Source of the DNA: Trypethelium eluteriae
Lineage: Eukaryota
Reading direction: 5' to 3'
DNA: 63,313 bases
Assembly: GCA_051942245.1 (NCBI GenBank)
Contig: JAVECL010000068.1
Location: forward strand, 1 to 63,313
Part shown: positions 11,639 to 22,005 of the stretch, piece by piece
How positions within the stretch are numbered: position 1 is the first letter of the stretch
How the letters are laid out: every line of letters starts with the position of its first letter
Made by a program: the position numbers and the translations under genes
Notes under the pieces: model-generated
Database searches by the model: none
The model's input: only the letters and a program-made list of their open reading frames with translations
Told to the model about the DNA's origin: nothing

Positions 11639-13317
11639 CTAAGTCTCCTGCTCCTCAACGACGCGAGCCATGGCCTGAGAGATTGGCGTCTCACTGTGAG
11701 GACCAGCCGGACCAGTCTCCGGCGTTGGAGCGCTAGGAGGTACAGATTGAGCACGGGAGCCGGCACGAGGACCCGCTTTCTTTGGGTGAGCAGAACTATG
11801 CTTAGTCGGAGCAGGAACAGAGGTTGCGCGACCTGAGGACTTCGATTCTTGGGTAGGAGCAAGACCCAGCGTTGCAGAGTTTGTCGCTATACCGTCCACT
11901 TCCGGCGGATTCTTTGAGAGGTTCATCACCTCATCCACCTTATCAGGGATAATTTCGGCCCCGGCTTGCCTGAGAATGAAACCCCATTCTTCTGACGAGA
12001 CCTTGCTGACACTGAGCCGAGACTGCTTGAGTAGTTGCATATTTTCAATCTCTTTGTTGTCCTTTGCAGAGTTCTTGAGCTGTTCCAGGGTAACAGGTTT
12101 GTCGAATTTCTGGCGAAATTCTACATGAACAACAACCCATCCCGTCGGATTGTCACGCTTTGCTTTTGGGTCGTAGTATGGATCAGTCTCAACGAAGGCG
12201 CTCTCGTCTGGTGAAGCTTCCTGAACAATTTCCATGATCCCCACGATTCCTGGCGTCTTGCAATTCGAATGGTAGAAGAAAGCTCGTTCTCCTTTCTTCA
12301 TGGCTTTCATATTATTTTTAGCGACATGGTTGCGCACACCTAAAAGCACAAAGAGTTCAGTTGAGATCGTTCAAAGTCGATAGACTAAAGAATGCACTCA
12401 CCGTTCCACGGCTCTGGCTCTGTGGCAGCTTCAAGATCATCAATAGAGAACTTGACATCAATACCCTTCTCTAGGCGGGATTCAGGCTCAGCCTTCATGA
12501 GCCAATATGAGGGACTCTCTTCATTAGCTTCGTCCTTTTTTTCGTCGTGGGCAACAGCTTTTAGAGAAGGCCGGCCACGCTGTCGCTTGGGTTCAGGTTC
12601 TGCAGTCTCGGTTAGACCGTTAGCCTCCTTATCAGCCTCGTCCTCATCTTCAGTTGGAGCAGGTCGCTTTTTTCGTCCAGGTCGAGCTTTCTCAGTTTCC
12701 GCAGGGGTCTCAGTTACTTTCTTGGGGGGTCTGCCTCGACCACGTGAGGGGGCCGGTGTGCCATCCGTCTCTGGCTTCGGTTGTCGCTTAGTCACCTTTT
12801 CGATCTGAGAGGTCCCCATAGTCGAAGCAGTTGCTGCTTTTGAAGGCGTTGGGGCAGAGGGTGACGACTTTGGAGGTCGACCACGCTTCTTCACTGGGCG
12901 TTCCTCGGTGATAGCCTCATCTTGGGTATCATGGTCCTTTTCAATAGCAGACTCTTTCCCAGAGGCCTTCGGGGGGCGACCGCGTCGTTTAGAAGTGTTT
13001 GCAGGAGTAGCGCTCTTCATTTGCTTGAACTTGGCAGTGCTAGCTTGCTCTGGCTTGGAAGTGGCTGTAGCATTACGACCTAGACATTGAGATTAGGAAA
13101 TGTCTTGAATGAGAAGATGTTAGAGAGGAAAATCATCACCTGTCTTCGCTTTCTTAGGCTCTGGCTGTGTATCTGCGACCGCAGTCAAAGCGCGTTTAGA
13201 ACGCGTCGAAGCCGCGGTCGCTTCCGGGGTAGGCTTAGCATTTCGAGTCGTCTTCAGAGTTCTACTCTTCACAGAAGCAGCTCTCCTCGCCGTTATAGCA
13301 GCCCTCTTGGGAGGCAT
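11639..13317 (-). CDS. AT-hook + EVE domain protein (THYN1-like), 3 exons
   Basis: Starts MPPKR and has four RGRP AT-hook motifs. EVE signature YWLMKAEPESR...KFSIDDL...EPWNGVRNHVAKN and FFYHSNCK. Introns 13139..13080 and 12401..12340. Confidence 0.88.
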
Positions 13318-13625
13318 GGTGCCAGGCAATGCTGGGGAAAGGGTGAAGTAAATCGAGGGGAGGGAAAATGGTTGCAGACCTTTGAGCGAGGGGATGCACG
13401 AAAAACAACAGACGTCATTGGTCAGGTCAGGACATCGGTGGCTCGCGTCAAATGTCAGAGTTCAGCTCCTTTAGCAGAGGTACCACGTACCTACTCCTAG
13501 GTACCTAGGCGTGCTGGGTACCAAGATATCGTAACCGAGTGATCATTGGCGATCATTCAGACTTCCTCACATTCACCGCTAACACCACTAGATTGGATCG
13601 CAGACATCACCGCAATCACTCAGAT

Positions 13626-14393
13626 CTATGGAGAAGGATTCGACACCACATCTGGCTGTAGAGCATACATGCGTACGGAATACAGAATTTTGGGAAAGCC
13701 TCGTTGAAGCTCCGTTGCCACAATCTTCAGGCCAGCCTTTTTGAACAAGGCTCTCAACTTCTCGTCCGTCCTAGTAACCGAACTGTCTGTTTCGTCGTAC
13801 ACATCATTTCCAAGCGAGTGAGTAGTAATGTTTTCCTTGACAATCATCCAACCGCCACTGCGTAGAAACTGTTTGAGTCGCTGAAGGCATTCGGCGACTT
13901 GGGCATCCGTTAATTGACTCAGACACCACTGGTGCCAGATCATATCGTACGAGCGACTTGGCGTCCAGCTTTCTAATCCCTGCGTATAGACGTCTCCAAG
14001 CCGGCCTTCTTCGCGTAGTTCGCGAAAAGAATATCCTCCTTTGATTTCCTTGGTGAACTTCTCGACCGGCTCTACAATGTCTATGATTTCTGCCACTTTG
14101 TAGAGAAATCCTAGCGTGACTCGTCCGATTCCCGCTCCACAGTCAACCACCCGACCTAGCCTTTTTGTCTTTGGATGTTCCTTTGAACGAGTGCACAGCT
14201 TTGCAAGGAAATTGGCTGAGCCTTGAAGGTCTATTCGCGATACTTGTGGATAGCCGCCTAGCATGCCATCCACGTCAGATGTCTGAGTACTCCAATATTC
14301 AATTGCAGCTACTTGATCGATGGAAGCGTCCGGTCGGAGCTCAGTGGGAGTCTGCTCTGAAAGAGGGGTGAATTGGTTTTCATCTCGGACCAT
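13626..14393 (-). CDS. TAE1: Alpha-N-terminal protein methyltransferase (NTM1/Tae1/NTMT1 family)
   Basis: DVDGMLGGY, VDCGAGIGRVT, YDMIWHQWC, VKEN and YDETDSSVTRTD motifs. The start is uncertain; a short upstream exon is possible. Confidence 0.88.
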   Translation of the reverse strand: MVRDENQFTPLSEQTPTELRPDASIDQVAAIEYWSTQTSDVDGMLGGYPQVSRIDLQGSANFLAKLCTRSKEHPKTKRLGRVVDCGAGIGRVTLGFLYKVAEIIDIVEPVEKFTKEIKGGYSFRELREEGRLGDVYTQGLESWTPSRSYDMIWHQWCLSQLTDAQVAECLQRLKQFLRSGGWMIVKENITTHSLGNDVYDETDSSVTRTDEKLRALFKKAGLKIVATELQRGFPKILYSVRMYALQPDVVSNPSP

Positions 14394-14946
14394 GTCTGTA
14401 AGTAGAGCGTGAAGATTTCACCAGTAAGCAGAACTTCCTGAAAAGTATTGCTGCCGCCGATCTTCATGATTTTCAACGATCAGTCCACTGGCCGACCTTT
14501 CGAAGTGCGGTCTGGATGGCATGGGTGAATGGCGTACAAACAATGAACAATGTCCAGTGAGGTGCCAGTCTGCGGAGCCTTCGCGACTCTCAAATGTTTT
14601 TTGCAGCTAACCTAATAGGGTAGCCACAACCGTAAATGTGCTTGTCGTTCGAAAAGAGTGGTTAAGTCGCTGAAAGTCTTGGACAGGTGCTGCAGCGGGG
14701 TAGGTCTAGGAACTTGGTAGGACCAGTATCAACGCTCGACTCCGATACTCAGTTATTTAGGGAAGGTGGTCCCTGCCGCTCATCGGGCGATTCTTGTGGT
14801 GTAAGACCTGCCTACCTGTCCAGCATTGTATGCACCGTTTCCGCATCTTCAAATCTTCGACTAGAGTCTGCATACTGTGTCGTAGATTCCGTACGACTCC
14901 GGTCAAACATCCTAAAAGATCTTCTGGTACCACCAGTACAGCTGAG

Positions 14947-16819
14947 ATGTCCGAGCTAGCAGTTACGCTGACTGCTCCTAATGGAGTCAACTATTCACAG
15001 CCCGTGGGGCTGTTCATTAACAATGAATGGGTGAATTCTACTTCGGGAGCTAAAATTACCAGTATCAATCCCACGTAAGTGAGCTTTATAAAAATTTATT
15101 GGCCTTTCATGGAGCTACCTTTAAGATGCACATGGCCACCGGAAGGTGCAGAAACAGATGTCGGCTAGAGGACCCCAAAATTAGCCCCATCACTGCCGCC
15201 TCTATTTCGTGCCAACAGCTTATTTATCAACACTTCCACGACTTCAAATTTGATGTTTTTTGGTATCACAGATATTTTGTGCTGTCAAACAGCTTTAGGA
15301 GCAGAAATATGTCGTAACATTGGGTGAAAGTGGTGTGGGATTTTGGGGTAGCCGACATTTGTTTCTGCACCCCATGCCGTGCACGGCTACTTGCCCAAGT
15401 CCTGGCAAGCCTTTGAGCACCGTACTCTAACAAGAAATTAGGGATGAAACGGAAATCACATCCGTCTATGCAGCTGACGCAGAGGATGTAGATGCTGCAG
15501 TTGCCGCAGCTAGAGCAGCATTCAAGAACCCAGCGTGGAGAGACATCTCAACTACGGATCGAGGCAAGTTAATCCACCGACTATCTACACTTGTAGAGAA
15601 GCATCAGACGATCCTAGCCACGATCGAGACGTGGGACAATGGAAAGCCTTACTCTGTTGCTCTGAACGAGGACGTGGCGGAAGTAGTTGGAACACTGGCC
15701 TACTACGCCGGGTTCGCCGACAAAATTTACGGCCAAGTTATCGACACCAGTCCGTCGAAGCTCGCATACACTATACGTGAACCTCTTGGCGTGTGTGGCC
15801 AGATTATACCGTGGAACTACCCACTGGCCATGGCAGCATGGAAGCTCGGTCCAGCTCTGGCATGCGGCAACACCGTCGTTCTCAAGGCTGCAGAGCAGAC
15901 ACCTTTGTCAATCCTTTACTTTGCGAACCTGATAAAAGAAGCAGGGTTCCCCCCAGGAGTGATAAATATCCTTAATGGCCATGGCAAAAAGGCTGGTGCT
16001 GCAATTGCTTCGCATCTGGACATCGATAAGATTGCTTTTACGGGGAGCACTGCGACTGGACGAGAAATCATGAAGATGGCGGCCGTGAATATGAAGAACA
16101 TAACTCTCGAGACGGGGGGGAAATCGCCGCTGCTTGTTTTTGATGACGCGGATCTTGATCAGGCTGTCAAATGGGCGCACATTGGGATTATGTCTAACAT
16201 GGGCCAAATTTGCACAGCCACGTCACGAATCCTTGTGCAAGAAGGTATCTATGAAAAATTCATCTCGGCATTCAGGGAGCATGTTGCTTCCACGAGCAAA
16301 GTTGGAGATCCATTCAAAGACGACACCTTCCAGGGCCCTCAGGTTACAAAGACCCAGTATGAGCGCGTACTGTCGTACATCGAGTCTGGGAAGTCAGAAG
16401 GCGCTACGCTAATGGCAGGAGGGGAACCCTATAAAGATGTCAATGGCAAAGGCTTCTTCATAGCTCCGACAATATTCACAAACGTTAAGGACGAGATGAG
16501 AATCTTCAGGGAGGAAGTGTTTGGCCCATTCGTCGTAATCAGCTCATTCAAGACAGAAGAGGAGGCCCTCGAACGTGCGAATAACACAACCTATGGTCTT
16601 GGAAGCGCCGTCTTCACTCAGGACCTTACCAAAGCTCATCGAGTTGCACGAAAAATTGAAGCTGGGATGGTCTGGGTCAATTCTAGCAACGACAGTGATT
16701 ACAGAATACCATTTGGAGGGGTAAAGCAGAGCGGAATTGGAAGAGAGTTGGGCGAAGCTGGTCTTGCTGCTTACACAAACTCCAAAGCAGTACATGTTAC
16801 ACTAGAGAGTGCGCTGTAG
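14947..16819 (+). CDS. Aldehyde dehydrogenase (Ald2/Ald3-like), 501 aa, with a 367-nt intron
   Basis: Exon 1 14947..15074 (MSELAVTLTAPNG...INPT) and exon 2 15442..16819. IIPWNYPLAM, AFTGST, LETGGKSP, catalytic GQICTATSR, EEVFGP and PFGGVKQSGIGRELG. Confidence 0.95.
15127..15383 (+). other. Intronic long-range inverted repeat / candidate structured RNA
   Basis: 15145-15167 GGTGCAGAAACAGATGTCGGCTA pairs with 15349-15371 TAGCCGACATTTGTTTCTGCACC (22 Watson-Crick pairs + 1 G-U). Flanking helices extend it to ~51 bp. Confidence 0.85.
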
Positions 16820-18022
16820 GGCGACACTTGAGGACATCGAAAGGAAGGAGGAAAACGGAAGAACTGAGAGATTGAGCAAGGTGTTGAGTATAATTGTGCT
16901 TCGTACAAATAATCTGGTACATATCTTAGTGAATTTGGTGTGGACTAGCCAAGACAGCCTTAGCAGATGTCAGTGTCAACTTCTGAGTAAGCTACTGTGT
17001 ATTTCACACAAGCGCGAGTTTTGGAAGGGTACAGAAGCTGGGGAGGACTCCTGCCACCGCACACAGGAAATAAGCGGATGTTGGTGATCAACGTAATCCT
17101 TTGTGAGGCGGTTGGTGGATTGGAGGCGTGGGGAGCTGACAAAGACATGGTGCTTCTGCCATCACACCGTTGACTCAATGGTGCCCGTGCTCGCGCGCTG
17201 GGGTCTAGAATGGAACCATCCACCTATCGTTGACTCAGACACCGTCCCACTCGCAACTCCATCAGCTTCGCTCTGGTCCCGGTCACTTCCTGGCCATCCA
17301 GCTCGATAACGTCTCCGCGAAGGCAGTGTGGCATATTCGACTTTAAAGCCGGTCGGACTGCTTCCCATTGGAATATCTCGGCGATAGATCTATATCTATC
17401 CCAGCCCACTTCCCCCAAAGCCTTCATAACTCCGTGGATCCCAGACACAGGCGTCTTCGTCTGAAACCCGCCAAACCGACGTAGTGTTGTCCATGGCATC
17501 ATAGTCCCGCAAGTGTATGCCTTGTTCGCCTGCTCTTGAGCATATCAGGCAGCAAGGCTTGACCCCTTATCCACCCAAACGAAACCCTCCTTCTATCGCA
17601 ACAAGCCTCTGGCATACACAACGATCCTGGCTGGAAAAAAGATCGCGGAGTCGCTCTTTCCACACTTCTTGCTACTCTCAATCAGTCTCGCCGTGCGTGG
17701 CTCCACCGTCAAGAGCCTGGCATCAGTCTTGGCTGAGGCGCACTTCCCTTTCCTTACACGGCTTTACAAACCGCCATAACGCCCACTTGCAGTGAACAAA
17801 GATTAAAAAAAACCTCTAATATTCAAAATAGCAATTACGAACCTTGCCTGAGAAGGCGCGAGCAGACTGGTGACTGCCGCCGGCTTTTGTCACGCGACTT
17901 GATCACAACGTTATCATCCACACGTGGGCTCAACCCCGAGGCGCATTCCCTCCGCAAGGTACGCTTTGAGCACCCAACTCCGACCACCTACTCCAGAGGA
18001 CACTCTTTTACTCCTTATTGTC

Positions 18023-19768
18023 ATGGGCAATCAACCGTCCAAAGGCGAAAAGCCAAACGGGGGTAGAAGTACCCCAACAGGGCCTGGCCCAAACCTGGAT
18101 TCTTACCCTTCTTTCTCCAAATCCGACACTAAGGAATCTACACGGTCATTCAAAGGTATACGATCGAAAATCACGGGCTCCAACAAGGCCGAAGATAGTC
18201 CAAGGAGCTCAACCTACGCACTTGCTGGAAGCAGCAACCCAGCGCATCCTGGTGAAGGAAATGAAGAGACGTCAGATGCGGCATCGGTAAGATCTGCATT
18301 CTCTAATGACAAAGTGTATCGATGGACTAATTCTGGACAGTCCAAACCTTCGCTCGACACCAAGACCGACCGCAAGCCTAGCATGGGCATGGTTGAGGTC
18401 CCCCAGCCACCACCCTCACCTAGCCAATCTGCATCACTTGGAAGAGGTCATAACGCAGTGAATAAAGCTCAGAGAAGCGGGGAGGTGGATCATATTTCCG
18501 ATGCGCCACCGTCGGGCGTTGTGCATCCATCAAATTTGCAACAACCCAAGCAAAGCATTCTTGTGGAAAAGGATGGAGACAAGAAAACTACGATTGAATC
18601 TACTGAATCGGTTGATGGTTCTTCATCTCCGTTGATGGGACTAGCACCACTAAAAGATTTGGACATTGACGACATGATTAAACGGCTACTGGATGCTGGA
18701 TATGAAGGCAGAGTTACCAAATCAGTCTGTTTAAAGAATGCCGAAATCTTTGAGATCTGCCGAAGAGCGCGGGAGGTATTCTTGAACCAACCAGCTCTCC
18801 TTGAACTTAACGCCCCGGTCAAAATCGTTGGAGATGTTCATGGCCAGTACACCGACCTGATTCGACTGTTCGAAATGTGTGGCTTCCCTCCTGACGCGAA
18901 CTATCTCTTTCTTGGCGACTACGTCGACCGAGGCAAACAGAGTCTAGAGACCATCCTTTTGCTCCTCTGCTACAAAATTAAATTCCCCAGCAATTTCTTC
19001 TTGCTTAGAGGCAACCATGAATGCGCAAATGTAACACGAGTATATGGGTTTTATGACGAATGCAAACGACGGACTACGGTCAAAGTCTGGAAGAATTTCG
19101 TGGATACATTCAACTGCTTGCCCATTGCTTCAATAGTCGCTGATAAGATCTTTTGCGTTCATGGGGGGCTGTCGCCAAGCCTGCAGCACATGGATGACAT
19201 ACGCAACATTCAACGGCCGACAGATGTTCCCGATTATGGTTTACTAAACGACCTCCTTTGGAGCGATCCTGCCGATCTCAATGCTGGCAGCGACTGGGAG
19301 GCTAACGAACGCGGAGTCAGCTATTGTTTTGGCAAGAAAGTCATTCTCAAATTCTTGGAAGAGCATGACTTCGATCTGGTGTGCCGCGCGCATATGGTTG
19401 TCGAAGATGGGTATGAATTCTTCAGCGATCGCATACTCGTGACGGTTTTCTCCGCTCCCAATGTAAGTTAACTTGCCTCCGTGCGACGAATATGTCCTTA
19501 ACGTATCCCATAGTACTGCGGCGAATTCGACAATTGGGGCGCTATCATGTCCGTGTCTGCCAACTTGCTATGCAGCTTTGAGCTTTTGAAGCCATTGGAC
19601 TCGAGCGCCCTCAAGAGCCATATTAAGAAGGGCCGGTCGCAGAGACAGAAGATGCTGAACAGCCCAGTACGTAGATACGGCCCAACCAAGCATCCTTTAC
19701 TCATGCATAACATTATCACTAACTAACATCAAATACAGCCTGCGAGTCAATTCCCGCAGAGCTATTGA
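18023..19768 (+). CDS. ppzA: Ser/Thr protein phosphatase PP-Z (PPZ), 3 exons
   Basis: MGNQPSK myristoylation-type start and Ser-rich N-terminus. PPP motifs GDVHGQ, GDYVDRG, LRGNHE and SAPNYCGEFDN across intron 19463..19513. A last short exon ends PASQFPQSY*. Confidence 0.9.
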
Positions 19769-20818
19769 CACAATTGCATCTAAGGCTAGCGAAGTTGCAG
19801 CCCACGTCACACCACGCGGCATCTTACGTCCCTCCTTTCACCTTGTTTATTACGATCAGTCAACGCATCATACGCCGAAGAATGATTCGAAATAGATATG
19901 CGCTCTGGCTGATAAAAGCTCGCAACGGCGTTTGTCGTCACCCAGCCTCGATATATCTAGGTAGTCGAGGGTGCCCTGATTTGCAATTGGACGGACTAGG
20001 TCCAAATGGAGGAAATTTGACTATGCCCATACGAGCGATGCCATCTCCCAACAGAGAGAGCGCGTTTCTGGAAGCGCCTAATGACTCCTGCAAGGCTCCG
20101 ACTGATCTCAGAATCGATGAAAAGGCGCCTACATAAGTTTCATGTTCACCTCAGAGGGCGGCGCCTACTTTTTCATGAAGTCGACGCGCAGAAGGCATAG
20201 AGATAGGAGTCATCTTATGAAGAGGCCCGCTGCTGAAGTTATTCTAACCTTGTGCTTAAGAACGGTCATAGAGCTTTCGAAATGGTTGGTTGTTGGTGAG
20301 AAGCGTCAATCTACTACATACGCTCTTTGTCTCGTATGTGGAAGCGTCCCTGTTGTTCTGTTCATCTCTGATTTCTTCTCGGGATGTCTTCAAAACATCC
20401 CGTTTGCGTTAACGGCGTATAGTCGTCTGTATAATAGTGGTGATTACAAAGGATAGCATAGGTCATCGCAGACCATGGCTTCCTGCGCCTCAACTGATTA
20501 ACGAACTTGCAATTCCCTCTATGATGTGTATGCTGTCCAAGGCTTCTTTGTCTCTGCAATGATAAATGGTACAGTAGCATCGTTGGTGAGTATTTGACCT
20601 AGTCAAATTATCTTATCTAGATCTACGGAGTAGATGCATGTGCTCGACTCAAGACCCCACTATTAGCTCAGCTAATACTGTTAAGCGAGCCATCGGCGCA
20701 CGCAACGAGAAGCTCCGATACTGAATCAACTCCACCACAAAATATACCATACCATCGAAGTCCTGGGCATTCCTCTCCTGCCTCGCGCAAATCATCCATT
20801 CAGTCGCCGACCGACACA

Positions 20819-21714
20819 ATGTCTGCACCTGCAGCCCCAGCACGCGGTGGCTTTGGCTCTCGTGGCGATCGAGGTGGCGATCGTGGCCGAGGTCGCGGTC
20901 GTGGACGTGGCCGCCGTGGTGCCAACAAGAGCGAGGAAAAGGAATGGCAACCAGTGACCAAGTTGGGTCGATTAGTTAAGGCGGGCAAGATTAAGAGCAT
21001 GGAGGAAATTTATTTGCACAGTTTGCCAATTAAGGAATATCAGATTGTCGATTTCTTCTTACCAAAGTTGAAGGACGAGGTTATGAAGGTAAGGAATCTC
21101 CCAGTTGGCGTGCTTGAACTGTGTGCGACCTGGAGTTCTTCTATCGAAGGGTAGTTGGTGCTGCGGTGGAATATAGACGATTGACAAACGTATTCCAGAT
21201 CAAACCAGTCCAGAAACAGACTCGCGCTGGTCAGCGCACACGATTCAAAGCTATCGTCGTTATTGGGGACTCAGAGGGCCATGTCGGACTCGGAATCAAG
21301 ACGTCGAAAGAAGTCGCCACCGCCATTCGCGCCGCCATCATCATCGCTAAACTTGCAGTTGTCCCGATCAGAAGAGGTTACTGGGGTACCAACCTCGGTG
21401 AACCTCACTCATTACCAACCAAGGAGAGTGGAAAATGTGGCTCTGTCACTGTCAGGCTCATCCCTGCACCCCGTGGTACCGGTCTCGTCGCGTCACCAGC
21501 TGTTAAGCGCTTCCTCCAACTTGCAGGTGTACAGGACGTCTACACTTCATCTGCCGGCTCCACGAAGACTCTCGAGAATACACTCAAAGCAACGTTTAGT
21601 GCGGTCTCGAATACCTATGGCTTCTTGACACCGAATTTGTGGAAAGAGACGAAACTTATTCGGAGCCCGCTGGAGGAATACAGCGACGTGCTCAGGGAGG
21701 GAAAGAGATACTAG
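20819..21714 (+). CDS. RPS2: 40S ribosomal protein S2 (uS5)
   Basis: RG-rich N-terminus, [12 protein letters not shown] and [17 protein letters not shown]. Intron 21089..21198. Confidence 0.97.
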
Positions 21715-22005
21715 GGTGGTTCCGAGGTCAATACACATGGCGCAATGAATGACTGAGATTACTCTGTGAAATAAGGGACAAATCCACTTGCAGGTTACTA
21801 ATTTGCTGCATCTTCCATGAAATCCTTGGTTTTGCATCATATACGATACTCCCTTTGCATCTTCACTACGCACAAAGCCTCCCGACCCTAGAGTATTGAC
21901 ATGAATAGCTCACTCATCAGACAACATCAAACTTTTGGATTCCCTTCCAATCATCTTCGAGTGTCGCCCCTACGGCGGAAATCCCCAGTCACTGCAATTC
22001 GATCC

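Noticed and set aside
15293..15313. Possible 21-nt in-frame cassette exon inside the ALDH intron loop
   Set aside because: The donor GTAACA is weak and no clear branch point precedes it; unsupported without RNA data.
16808..16819. ALDH C-terminus SAL as a peroxisomal PTS1
   Set aside because: It lacks the basic middle residue of the [SAC][KRH][LM] consensus.
17171..17237. Paired TGACTCA (Gcn4/CpcA) sites; others near 5396, 5684 and 24000-24600
   Set aside because: Several copies of a 7-mer are expected by chance in 63 kb, and there is no conservation evidence.
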